In this document: in pieces, positions 25,934-33,983 of the stretch
Numbering within the stretch: position 1 is the first letter of the stretch
Layout of the letters: each line of letters begins with the position of its first letter
Virus record (IMG/VR): IMGVR_UViG_3300032143_000003
Coordinates: 1 to 44,785 of that record
Direction: 5' to 3' (one strand)
Length of the DNA: 44,785 nucleotides
Origin: a virus
Lineage: Duplodnaviria > Caudoviricetes
Program-made: the position numbers and the translations under genes
The notes under the pieces: generated by a model
The model's input: only the letters and a program-made list of their open reading frames with translations
Databases searched by the model: none
What the model was told of the DNA's origin: nothing

Positions 25934-26356
25934 TCATCCGTTCCACCTTGCCCCTGGATGCCATGCTTTTAATACCTGGGGAATAATGCAATATCCTCTG
26001 TCGATGTGAATGAACGTCCCCCTCTTGGTATAAACGCCCATGCGAAGATTGGGGGCTACGAGATTGACCGCGGCGACTAAGGTTTCTACCTCGCCGACAT
26101 CTTTTGCATCGATGTCTAATGCCAGGCCAAACAGGTGAATGCTCAGCGGCTCGCCGCCGACGTCCGCGTTGTGTTTCGGGCACCTAAAGCCGGACGTGAT
26201 GCGCAGTGGTCGATTAAGCGTTGCGCGGATGTCCTCATAGGCATGAAAAAGCTGTTGATGTCCAAGGCTCTCCGCATCGTATGGGACGGCCCCACAGCAG
26301 GGACAGCGATACTCCGATAGCATGATGTGGCCGGAAATGTATTTGCCGTTGGTCAC
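25934..26356 (-). CDS. Peptidase M15A endolysin (start GTG, MTNGKY)
   Basis: EYRCPCCG, ITSGFRC..HN..VGG...S.H..G.A.DI, FIHID. Confidence 0.9.
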   Translation of the reverse strand: MTNGKYISGHIMLSEYRCPCCGAVPYDAESLGHQQLFHAYEDIRATLNRPLRITSGFRCPKHNADVGGEPLSIHLFGLALDIDAKDVGEVETLVAAVNLVAPNLRMGVYTKRGTFIHIDRGYCIIPQVLKAWHPGARWNG

Positions 26357-26559
26357 ATCATCCTCTGGAATCCCGGCGGCAACTTTTCGCCGCGACGTAA
26401 GTGGGGGAGCCAGCGGGGGTCTGATGCGCCAAATTCGGCAGCGTGGCAATAGCCACAGTACCAGACACGCCCGCGCTTGGCCCCGTTTTTAGCTGCGAAC
26501 TTGTCTCCGCAATGGGAGCATGTTTTCTCAGCATTTGGGTCCTGGCTCTTTCCCTTCAC
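26353..26559 (-). CDS. Small zinc-finger protein, first gene of the putative late transcript
   Basis: CSHC...CGYC. Confidence 0.55.
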   Translation of the reverse strand: MKGKSQDPNAEKTCSHCGDKFAAKNGAKRGRVWYCGYCHAAEFGASDPRWLPHLRRGEKLPPGFQRMM

Positions 26560-26565
26560 GCCTAT

Positions 26566-26660
26566 AGTATAAGCATCGAAATTTCAGCGATTTGAAAGGC
26601 GACGGATTATCCGAAGGAAAGTGTCGGATTATCCGAAGGGTTGTGTCGGATTAGCGGAGG
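26566..26660 (-). promoter_or_regulatory. Putative activator-dependent late promoter
   Basis: -10 TATACT (26571-26566) with no good -35; three CGGATTA(T/G)C(C/G)G repeats at 26603, 26625 and 26647 (22-bp period). Confidence 0.6.
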
Positions 26661-26676
26661 GAATACCGCTTGACAG

Positions 26677-26970
26677 TTATTTTATTTCGAGGAGATCGAA
26701 GTCTTTTGTACTGCCGTTGGCTCGATAGGCGATGGCCTTCCTGAAATAGGCAGGGTTCAGGTGTCGCCGTTTGACCTCATCCCGATCAGCCTGTGTGACC
26801 ATGCCGGGGACGCATCGGATTTTCCATGTCTGAAAGGGATCGCAGAACTCCAGGTCAAATGGATTCCCGTCGAGATAAAAGATATCCTCAACGGGGATTG
26901 TCTTGCCGAAGTGCGCCACGACTGCATTGGCCAGTCGGCGCTTCTGTTGCTTGATCGCTTCCTCAGACAT
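26677..26970 (-). CDS. Hypothetical protein (start MSEEAIK), last gene of the early block
   Basis: GGAGG RBS before the ATG at 26970. Confidence 0.6.
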   Translation of the reverse strand: MSEEAIKQQKRRLANAVVAHFGKTIPVEDIFYLDGNPFDLEFCDPFQTWKIRCVPGMVTQADRDEVKRRHLNPAYFRKAIAYRANGSTKDFDLLEIK

Positions 26971-27193
26971 ATTGCCTCCTATTCCCCAATGAATGGCCGA
27001 GCCAATCTTCGGAGCCCTCGTCCGGTATCGCGTGCCATCGGCACCGTATGCAGAACCGCGCATACCGCGGCTCAACGTCGCTCGGGATGTAGTCGATCCG
27101 CTTATGGCAATAGCTACACAGCCGCCCGGTGGTGCACCTGGTCAGCGTCGCAAAGTGGATCCTGTCGGGGACATAGGGCTTGCGCGTTCTCAT
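26963..27193 (-). CDS. Hypothetical zinc-finger protein (start MRTRKPY)
   Basis: CSYC...CIRC; ATGA overlap. Confidence 0.5.
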   Translation of the reverse strand: MRTRKPYVPDRIHFATLTRCTTGRLCSYCHKRIDYIPSDVEPRYARFCIRCRWHAIPDEGSEDWLGHSLGNRRQYV

Positions 27194-27363
27194 GCGTTCC
27201 CTATCCAACGCCTATAAGTCCGGCAATCGGGACTACAATCCTTTGCCTGGACTATCCGGCGATCTACCGGACATATAAACTCGTTTTCCGCAGATGCCAC
27301 CAATACCAAAAACAAACAGGGAGGGGGCCATGTATTCGGCTTGGGCTTTTCAGGCGGATTCAT
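27190..27363 (-). CDS. Hypothetical Cys-containing protein (57 aa, not in the track)
   Basis: Read by hand: MNPPEKPKPNTWPPPC...; fills the gap and overlaps both neighbours. Confidence 0.45.
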   Translation of the reverse strand: MNPPEKPKPNTWPPPCLFLVLVASAENEFICPVDRRIVQAKDCSPDCRTYRRWIGNA

Positions 27364-27757
27364 GGTTTGTCTCTTTGGGTTTGAAAATTACAATCATGCT
27401 CGGGAATGGTGCGTTATATTTCGCGCCCCCGAATTTCAACCGCCCCTTGACGAAGCGGATCTCCGAAGCAAACGGAAGAATGCTCTCGTGGAACCATCGG
27501 GTATCCGTTCGGGACGGAATTAAAAAGACCACCGTCTTTCCCTGCCTATGTTCTGCAAGGCCCTTTTCAATCCACGCCTTGATCTGCGAATAGGGCGGGT
27601 TGACGAAGACCGAGCTTCCCCACGGTCGATCAAGGCCAAAGATGCCCCCGGCCGGACAAGGATCATCGGTGAAAAAGAATTCTTTATTGAGTTCATTATA
27701 GACGGCCTTGGGTGTATCCCAACCGGGGGACAGAGAGGAAAATAGGATACGATTCAT
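27350..27757 (-). CDS. Phage DNA N6-adenine methyltransferase (Dam-like), start MNRILF
   Basis: WDTP, VFVNPPYS, LIPSRTDTRWFH, GRLKFGG, APFPS. Confidence 0.9.
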   Translation of the reverse strand: MNRILFSSLSPGWDTPKAVYNELNKEFFFTDDPCPAGGIFGLDRPWGSSVFVNPPYSQIKAWIEKGLAEHRQGKTVVFLIPSRTDTRWFHESILPFASEIRFVKGRLKFGGAKYNAPFPSMIVIFKPKETNHESA

Positions 27758-27839
27758 GCCGTCCTCCTTTCCTCGATTAGTCCATACCCCACCCCCGCCG
27801 CGAATGCCAGCGCGTAGAGGATGAGCGCAACGGCGATGG

Positions 27840-28301
27840 TCATGATTCGCGCTCCGCATAAGCCAACAGACACAGGGCGTCGGCTTCATTATCATCAAGC
27901 TTCGCGGCTTCCTTCCCATACCGCTCCGCGGCCCACTCGATCATCTTTGCCTTATCAGCCTTCCCGCTCCCGCACGTCGCCTTCTTCAGCGTCATACTAT
28001 GAACCCCCCGGTAATCTTTTATCCCCTGCTCTACGCAAGCCTCCTGGATGCGCGTCATGAACCCAACAAGAAGATCCGTTGCATATCCGCCTCTCATGTG
28101 TGGCATCTCATAGACCACGAGGCTCGGTTTAACATCGGCCAGCATCTCGCGGAGCCAGCGATTGAACCGGATGAACCGCATCCCCGCACTCTCGCCACGC
28201 TGAAGGGCGAACTCCTGAACGCCACTCGTGACACGGCCACCGGGTTCCTGCGTCGCCCACCCTGTTTTGGAGCCAAGATCAAGGGCAAGTATCGCTTTCA
28301 T
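27840..28301 (-). CDS. RuvC-like Holliday junction resolvase (start MKAILALD)
   Basis: LALDLGSKTGWA, VVYE, KADK..M, DDNEADAL. Confidence 0.88.
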   Translation of the reverse strand: MKAILALDLGSKTGWATQEPGGRVTSGVQEFALQRGESAGMRFIRFNRWLREMLADVKPSLVVYEMPHMRGGYATDLLVGFMTRIQEACVEQGIKDYRGVHSMTLKKATCGSGKADKAKMIEWAAERYGKEAAKLDDNEADALCLLAYAERES

Positions 28302-28630
28302 ATCCCTAATCCCAACTGTTCCGCAGGCGGGGCGAGCTGCGGATTGAACGCAAGGATCGTTCCCACGCGCCTGTGCGCCTGAATCGGCCCCCACGCCTTC
28401 GTGATGTAAGCCTTGAACTCCTGCACCTCAGCTACCGTCTGGGGAAGGAATAGACCGTCCTCGCATGAGCAAATGGGAAGCCCGGAGTACAGCTCCCGGC
28501 AGTCCCTGTCCGTGAGCGTTGGGCGATATAGCCTTAGCTCGGCTAGCAGCACCTTGCGCGGCATGGCATTGGCTCGTCCGCGATGACCTTGCATCACCAC
28601 CATGATCTGGTTGCGTAAGAAGGTATTCAT
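28298..28630 (-). CDS. Hypothetical protein, possible winged-HTH
   Basis: HRGRANAMPRKVL...DRDCRE....L.ICS..DGLF pattern. Confidence 0.55.
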   Translation of the reverse strand: MNTFLRNQIMVVMQGHRGRANAMPRKVLLAELRLYRPTLTDRDCRELYSGLPICSCEDGLFLPQTVAEVQEFKAYITKAWGPIQAHRRVGTILAFNPQLAPPAEQLGLGI

Positions 28631-28911
28631 GCTTTACCTCCCGCGCCCCCGTAGTCGGCGATGTCTTTTTTGAAACCATCATGAAGTTGAGCTTCTAAAT
28701 AACTTAATCTTGCCCCCTCAAATCCCTTAAGCCAATCGGCAATCTTTTTAGACGTTTCATATAATTTATCCGCCGCACGTAGCTTGGCGATGATGGCGTC
28801 CAAGCAGTCATAATCATAAACACCCCTGATTTTATCCTGGTCCCAGCCGCCAACCGCTTGCCAAAGGCGATTGATTTCTCTTATTAGATAATTCGTGCTG
28901 TATTCGCTCAT
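28627..28911 (-). CDS. Hypothetical protein, YST/AKLRAAD paralog 1
   Basis: Shares motifs with 28912..29136 and 37497..37751. Confidence 0.7.
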   Translation of the reverse strand: MSEYSTNYLIREINRLWQAVGGWDQDKIRGVYDYDCLDAIIAKLRAADKLYETSKKIADWLKGFEGARLSYLEAQLHDGFKKDIADYGGAGGKA

Positions 28912-29136
28912 CTACTCCTCCTTGCTCCCCTCATAGTCGGCGATGGCCTTGTCTAGGTCGTGTGCTATCCCCCAATGTCCACCAAGGATTGACTGGCTTG
29001 CCTTTCGTGCCGCCTCGCACAGGTTGTCCGCCGCACGTAGCTTGGCGATGATGGCGTCCCTCTTTGCAGGTATTAGTAGGGTTTTCCAATATTGAACCGA
29101 CTTCACCAATTCTTCAGTACTGTACTCCTCGCTCAT
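28912..29136 (-). CDS. Hypothetical protein, YST/AKLRAAD paralog 2 (start MSEEYST)
   Basis: 33-bp exact repeat with paralog 1; AGGAGG RBS. Confidence 0.7.
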   Translation of the reverse strand: MSEEYSTEELVKSVQYWKTLLIPAKRDAIIAKLRAADNLCEAARKASQSILGGHWGIAHDLDKAIADYEGSKEE

Positions 29137-29309
29137 TTGGCCCTCCTGTTCCATCTATCTATAGCCGTCTTTTCCGATTTTATGCCGCTCGGCCCCCTGG
29201 CCCCACACCCGCACATAACTTGCGGTGCTGAATCAGGCCAATCCCGACTTACAAACACGCCCTCTATTCCGCAGAACGGACACGGAAGTAATCTTTCTTG
29301 TTTCTTCAT
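29133..29309 (-). CDS. Lar-family (restriction alleviation-like) zinc-ribbon protein, 58 aa, not in the track
   Basis: Read by hand: MKKQERLLPCPFCG...VMCGCGARGP...AIDRWNRRAK. Confidence 0.8.
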   Translation of the reverse strand: MKKQERLLPCPFCGIEGVFVSRDWPDSAPQVMCGCGARGPSGIKSEKTAIDRWNRRAK

Positions 29310-29590
29310 CCTTTTTTCTCCTTTTCCGGCAGGGATTCGAGGAGGGCGCGGGATTCCACCAGTCCACGAATATAATTCTCTGTCCCGCCCTCGCCATTTT
29401 CTATGGCGTCCTTAAGTGATTCAAGTGCGTTGGCCCTGTCCACCCTTCCCGCCGCTTCGAGGACGCGGATGGCGGCGCGGCATTCATCAACAATGCCCTG
29501 GTTATACATTAAAGAACCTAGAAGATGTCTGTTCCAGCAAGCACTAATGGCATCCATCGCCGCATCAAACAGCCCCTTCTTCTCGCTCAT
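29306..29590 (-). CDS. Hypothetical protein
   Basis: 94 aa with ATGA overlaps at both ends. Confidence 0.65.
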   Translation of the reverse strand: MSEKKGLFDAAMDAISACWNRHLLGSLMYNQGIVDECRAAIRVLEAAGRVDRANALESLKDAIENGEGGTENYIRGLVESRALLESLPEKEKKG

Positions 29591-29775
29591 CTTGCCCTCC
29601 TATTCCACGCGGCGATAGCCCCATTCTGGGATTTCCTAAATTGCCCCTGACAACCACAGAAACAATAAACCCGATGTGGCCATGCTATTTTAGACATTCG
29701 TTCTCCCGCTTGTTGATAAATTTGCATATTTGTTCTTCCGCAGAATGGACACGGTTTCAGCTTAGGCTCGCTCAT
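29587..29775 (-). CDS. Lar-family (restriction alleviation-like) zinc-ribbon protein
   Basis: LKPCPFCG...VYCFCGCQG...AIAAWNRRAR. Confidence 0.8.
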   Translation of the reverse strand: MSEPKLKPCPFCGRTNMQIYQQAGERMSKIAWPHRVYCFCGCQGQFRKSQNGAIAAWNRRAR

Positions 29776-29909
29776 CTTGCCCTCCTGTTCAATTTCCTTT
29801 CCGTCCAGGCCATATATAAATCAAGCTCTCGGTATTTCTTGGTTCGAATCCACTTATAGAAGTGCCTGTCTGCAATCTTCTGACAAAACCAATTCCAAAA
29901 TATTTTCAT
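29772..29909 (-). CDS. Hypothetical 45-aa protein, not in the track
   Basis: MKIFWNWFCQKIADRHFYKWIRTKKYRELDLYMAWTERKLNRRAR; AGGAGGAG-TAG-ATG junction. Confidence 0.6.
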   Translation of the reverse strand: MKIFWNWFCQKIADRHFYKWIRTKKYRELDLYMAWTERKLNRRAR

Positions 29910-30146
29910 CTACTCCTCCTTGCCGTCATGCCTGGCTTCTAAAATGGTTTCGCCCGCTATTTCCTCGTATAGACTAAGATATCCCACCGTAACGAATCTT
30001 CCGTTAAAGTCATTTGGCGATTTTCCAATCAACCTCCCGTCATCCGTTCCACAAACCGCTAGGTCAACGCGATGTATTTTTCCCAGCTCATCTTTACACA
30101 CCCAATGATTTTGATGTTCGCTATAAGATATTATTTCAAGTCTCAT
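29910..30146 (-). CDS. Hypothetical protein
   Basis: 78 aa; its ATG directly abuts the upstream stop codon. Confidence 0.65.
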   Translation of the reverse strand: MRLEIISYSEHQNHWVCKDELGKIHRVDLAVCGTDDGRLIGKSPNDFNGRFVTVGYLSLYEEIAGETILEARHDGKEE

Positions 30147-30401
30147 CTATTTCTCCTTCTCTTTCCTTGCGGCGGCGACATATTCCTTGATTGCGCTTTC
30201 CAGAACTATGGTAGCCGGAGTCTTGTAGTGGATGGCTAAAAGTAGTCGTCGCCCCATCGCCTTCAGTCCTGCCCGTTCTGCCGGTGTCCAGAAGGTTAGC
30301 CAACCATTTTCGCATCGCCTCGTAGAGAAATTAGGGCATCTACCATGAACCAAGGGAGACATACAACCATAGGCATCCGGGTCATACTCAGGGCACCTCA
30401 T
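30147..30401 (-). CDS. Hypothetical Cys-rich protein
   Basis: 84 aa; its ATG directly abuts the upstream stop codon. Confidence 0.65.
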   Translation of the reverse strand: MRCPEYDPDAYGCMSPLVHGRCPNFSTRRCENGWLTFWTPAERAGLKAMGRRLLLAIHYKTPATIVLESAIKEYVAAARKEKEK

Positions 30402-30617
30402 CTACTCCTCCTCATGCTTATCTATAGCCTCTCTCAGTTCGTCAAACTCGTGATCGTCCCATAGGTTAAGATAATCGCCGACCTTAGTGACGAGGCCCAC
30501 AATATTGTCTGCAGATTGGAGTCGATACTCCATCCGGTTTATCTTATTCGCCGCAAAGAAGGCGCATCCGCAGAACCCGATGACGCACCCGATAATCAAG
30601 CCGATGATGAAAATCAT
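30402..30617 (-). CDS. Small membrane-anchored protein (start MIFIIG)
   Basis: AGGAGG RBS; N-terminal TM segment. Confidence 0.6.
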   Translation of the reverse strand: MIFIIGLIIGCVIGFCGCAFFAANKINRMEYRLQSADNIVGLVTKVGDYLNLWDDHEFDELREAIDKHEEE

Positions 30618-30618
30618 G

Positions 30619-30846
30619 TCAATCCTCCTTCCCCGGACGCGATTCTTCGCGCTCTCTACATTTCGGGCATAAATAAACATAGCCGCCTTCCATCCTGGGG
30701 ATATTTGACTCAATTCGAATCCGCCATCCCTTAACTCGTGCGGCACGCCGAGCATAAATAATGTCATCATCATCAAGGTGTTCTGAGAACTCGCACTTGT
30801 CGCAAACGACATCAAACCCTGCAGATTTGCCAAGATAAAACAACAT
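30619..30846 (-). CDS. Small zinc-ribbon protein
   Basis: CDKC...GW......LCPKC. Confidence 0.65.
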   Translation of the reverse strand: MLFYLGKSAGFDVVCDKCEFSEHLDDDDIIYARRAARVKGWRIRIESNIPRMEGGYVYLCPKCREREESRPGKED

Positions 30847-30847
30847 C

Positions 30848-31084
30848 TCAATCCTCCTTGCTTACCCTGCCGGTCATGGCCTTCGTTACCTGATCGCCCT
30901 CCACGACTCGCCGGAGCGTCGCCTGCCAAAAGGCGAGGTCCTCATTGGCCTGCTCCATTTTCGCCCTCATCGCCGCGAGCTCGGCATCCTTATAGGCGGC
31001 GGTGACCTTATGCCCGGCGTAGATGCCGAGGCCCAGCGCGATGATGACGGCGATACTCCAAAGGAACGGCGTTATGCGTTTCAT
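30848..31084 (-). CDS. Membrane-anchored hypothetical protein
   Basis: N-terminal TM segment followed by a coiled coil. Confidence 0.65.
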   Translation of the reverse strand: MKRITPFLWSIAVIIALGLGIYAGHKVTAAYKDAELAAMRAKMEQANEDLAFWQATLRRVVEGDQVTKAMTGRVSKED

Positions 31085-31431
31085 GGAGTCCTCCGTTGCC
31101 GTTCATTTTTCGGTAGCAAGCTTTTCAGAAAATCAAGTTCTTTTTGAGCTAATCTTTTGCAGATAGAACAGCGATTGCTACGCTGAAAATAACCCTCATG
31201 CCGAGTAAGATGATGATTAAACCAATCCCAATATGGACTGCCATGACATTGGGAATATCCCGTTTTCTTTTTTACCGGGCATCCGTCGCATGAATCTTCA
31301 ATGTCACGACACAAGGAGCAATCATCTCCTCCTCGGTCTTCCCCTTTTCCATCGATAATCTTTTGCCATTTGTCAATGCTCCCTTTAAGTGCCGTTAAAA
31401 TTTTAGGCTCCATTCCCACCTGCTTACTCAT
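31081..31431 (-). CDS. Cys-rich hypothetical protein (start MSKQVG)
   Basis: SIDKW...CSLC...CDGCPV...C..SPY..W; GGAGG RBS. Confidence 0.65.
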   Translation of the reverse strand: MSKQVGMEPKILTALKGSIDKWQKIIDGKGEDRGGDDCSLCRDIEDSCDGCPVKKKTGYSQCHGSPYWDWFNHHLTRHEGYFQRSNRCSICKRLAQKELDFLKSLLPKNERQRRTP

Positions 31432-31499
31432 GTCTTCCTCCCTTTCGTCTCCGCGATCGCCCAAAGGAACGGCGTTACTCTTCGCATGGCTTTCCCTCC

Positions 31500-32204
31500 T
31501 CACATCGGCGGTTCATATTTAAACTCGATATAATCCCGCCAGCGGTTCTTCATCAAAAACGTTGCCGGATTCATCGGCTCCTGGTCAAAATTCTTATGCA
31601 CCTTCTGAGACTTTAGATAATCCATATATCCATTCGTAGCCTTGATGAGTTCGGGAATCTTCTCGGCCCTGGCCAGGATCATGAACTTCTCGCGGGCCAC
31701 TTCTTTTCCGACCTTTTTCGGATAGCCAGTCCAGAATTCATCAAAGAGCGGGTCGAACTTTTCGACCTTTATAGAATCATTCTTATGATTCTTATTTGAA
31801 GTAGAAGATGAAGATAAAGATGAAGAGCTATTTTTTGCTATAGCAGACGGAATGGGTGTGCTATGGGTATGCCATCGTTTCCGAGCACCATCTAAACCAG
31901 CTATTTGCTTTAACTTACGGAAGTTCTCTTGCTTCCTCCGTTCAGACTCGACTCTTCTGTTAATCAACCTTCCGCATTTTCGGGAAGGGACAAAACAAGT
32001 CAGGGCTTCGTCAATTCCCGGTCCATTGTAACCCTTGCATAGCACAGCTATGGCAGACCTATCAGCGGGGATTGAACCTTCACGCCAGCAATAGCAAAGG
32101 AGATGAACATAGACACCCTCGCCGGCCATGCTCATGGATATAACCCTCTCGTCGGATAACCAATCAGCGGGGTAGAATTGGAAAGCTGGTGAGCCATTTT
32201 TCAT
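31500..32204 (-). CDS. Phage replication initiator (DUF1376/YdaU-like N-terminus)
   Basis: PAFQFYPADWL...GVYVHLLCYCW, Ser-rich linker, C-terminal FDEFWTGYPKKVGK. Confidence 0.8.
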   Translation of the reverse strand: MKNGSPAFQFYPADWLSDERVISMSMAGEGVYVHLLCYCWREGSIPADRSAIAVLCKGYNGPGIDEALTCFVPSRKCGRLINRRVESERRKQENFRKLKQIAGLDGARKRWHTHSTPIPSAIAKNSSSSLSSSSTSNKNHKNDSIKVEKFDPLFDEFWTGYPKKVGKEVAREKFMILARAEKIPELIKATNGYMDYLKSQKVHKNFDQEPMNPATFLMKNRWRDYIEFKYEPPM

Positions 32205-32226
32205 GATCGTCCTTTCGTTGGATTAA

Positions 32227-32303
32227 GGCCCGGCCGGGAGAGCCGCCCACGTTGCTTAGAGCAACCACCGCTCTCCGCGATACAGCGCATGGACAGCCGG
32301 GCC
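32227..32303 (-). other. Structured intergenic element (nested hairpin)
   Basis: Three nested stems: GGCCCGGC/GCCGGGCC, GGAGAGC/GCTCTCC, GTTGCT/AGCAAC. Confidence 0.6.
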
Positions 32304-32316
32304 TTTGGGTTCATGG

Positions 32317-32724
32317 TCAAAAAGGAATATCGTCGTCGCCCGGTCCCGTCGATGGCGGGATGTCGGCAACGGCCGTGATGTTGGTGAGTCTGGGATAAGA
32401 TTTCGTCGGGTCCGTTTTGTCGATCTCGTGGATGACGTCAGCCTCAAAGCGGCTGCCAGCCATCACGAGGTCGCGTCCATGCTCTACGCCCAACGCCTTG
32501 CACAGATCAGCATAACGCTCTTCCCATGCGACGATGGCGTCAACAATGGGGAACTCGCCGATCGAATTGAGCCCGATGGCATAAACGACGATCTTGCGCC
32601 CCGACTTCGGATTACCGTCCTTGTCCTTGTAGGGAAAGGACTTGAGTTCCGGCTCCCTGTTCATCCGAAAATGATAATGTCCTTCCGGGATTTTGACCCT
32701 GCCTTCAAACTCGGGCCATTGCAT
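32317..32724 (-). CDS. Probable single-stranded DNA-binding protein
   Basis: Follows the Sak4-like ATPase; acidic C-terminus DDDIPF. Confidence 0.7.
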   Translation of the reverse strand: MQWPEFEGRVKIPEGHYHFRMNREPELKSFPYKDKDGNPKSGRKIVVYAIGLNSIGEFPIVDAIVAWEERYADLCKALGVEHGRDLVMAGSRFEADVIHEIDKTDPTKSYPRLTNITAVADIPPSTGPGDDDIPF

Positions 32725-32726
32725 GA

Positions 32727-33782
32727 TTACTTCCCTCCTTTCTTGGATTTCTTTTCATCGACCGCAGGCGCCGCATTGTCCTTGCCCTTGAGCGCGATGA
32801 TCGCATCGAGCCCGGCTTGGAGCTCTTCGTTCGTCCGGCGCGTGCAAATCTCATTCCAAGAATTAGTCTGAAAGATTTTTGACCTGAGATTCAGCCGTCC
32901 TGTCTTATCGTTTTCGGTTTGTCCGGGATAAATGAGCATCATCTCATTGCCGATCTTCTCAATGAGGATTTCGCGGGTCTCCATCTTCCGGGCACCGACA
33001 TCGTTCCTCTCGAACATGGCGGTCGAATCGCGTCCAGATTCAATGGCCTTGTGTTCACCGCCCAAGTTCAAGAGCGAGATGTGCGGCAAGAAGGTTTCGA
33101 AGGTGGGTTGATCGAAGACCTGGCCATTGATGACATCGAAGCGGTCCTTCTTGACATGGGCGCGATGGATGAGTTGACCGCCGACTCGAGGCGAAAGTTG
33201 AATTGCCTCCAGCTCTACCAAGAGTGATGGTTCATAGCCCATTTCGGTCTCGGTCCTCATCTTGGTCCCAGTTTTCCTAAGCTCCTTCGAACCATCCTCG
33301 GGGTCTTCGACCTCTTCCCACTTGTCGGCGGAGCGGCCACAGACGATGATGTGAAGTTTGCTGTTCACGTAGCGCGTCGTGAACTCGCGCCAAGTCGTCT
33401 TGAGTGGGATCCAGTGCTTCAGGGAAAGGCGCTTGAGCTCCAACTTCTTCATGTAACTCTCGATGAGTTCGTTCCAGACGTGCGTGATGCTGTCGATGAT
33501 CATCACGGACGCGGTTTTCTCGGCTTCATCGACAGCTACCAGGAGGTCTGAGAAGGCCCGCGTCTTGGCTGTGTGGAGTTCGATCCCAGCCTCCTTGAAT
33601 TGGCGAATCAGGAAATCCGATCCGGTCTCCGTGTCAAAATACATGACGGGCTTTTTAGCCTTGATGTATTTCACCAACCCGATGGCGATCCGCGAGGAAG
33701 TGAAGGACTTCCCCGATCCGGCCTCTCCGTAGAATCCGGCCTTGAGATACGCCATCTCGTTCTGTGCTTCCTTGAAAATCAT
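32727..33782 (-). CDS. AAA_24 / Sak4-like ATPase (recombination)
   Basis: Walker A GEAGSGKS, FDTETGS, IIDSITHVW, KDRF. Confidence 0.85.
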   Translation of the reverse strand: MIFKEAQNEMAYLKAGFYGEAGSGKSFTSSRIAIGLVKYIKAKKPVMYFDTETGSDFLIRQFKEAGIELHTAKTRAFSDLLVAVDEAEKTASVMIIDSITHVWNELIESYMKKLELKRLSLKHWIPLKTTWREFTTRYVNSKLHIIVCGRSADKWEEVEDPEDGSKELRKTGTKMRTETEMGYEPSLLVELEAIQLSPRVGGQLIHRAHVKKDRFDVINGQVFDQPTFETFLPHISLLNLGGEHKAIESGRDSTAMFERNDVGARKMETREILIEKIGNEMMLIYPGQTENDKTGRLNLRSKIFQTNSWNEICTRRTNEELQAGLDAIIALKGKDNAAPAVDEKKSKKGGK

Positions 33783-33973
33783 ATTGTCCTCCTTTCGTTT
33801 TCCTCATCCCTCAGTCGATCCTCATCGAGTTCCAGGACGGGTTCTTCTCTGACCATCAGCTCGATGGCCTCCTCATCGATTTCCTCTTCGGCGAGGTATT
33901 TTTCGACCTCGGCCTGCTTCTCCGGCGACAGGTAATCGAATAGGTCTTGCTCAATCTGTGTTGGGCATTTCAT
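33779..33973 (-). CDS. Small acidic hypothetical protein
   Basis: 64 aa with an AGGAG RBS. Confidence 0.6.
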   Translation of the reverse strand: MKCPTQIEQDLFDYLSPEKQAEVEKYLAEEEIDEEAIELMVREEPVLELDEDRLRDEENERRTI

Positions 33974-33983
33974 GCGTTTCTCC

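Noticed and set aside
26603-26660. Mini CRISPR array
   Set aside because: The 22-bp period leaves spacers of only about 7 bp, and there are no cas genes
31790-31910. Replication origin iterons inside the initiator gene
   Set aside because: Only short ATAGC and GAAGAT-type repeats are visible. The location is plausible but the evidence is too weak to call
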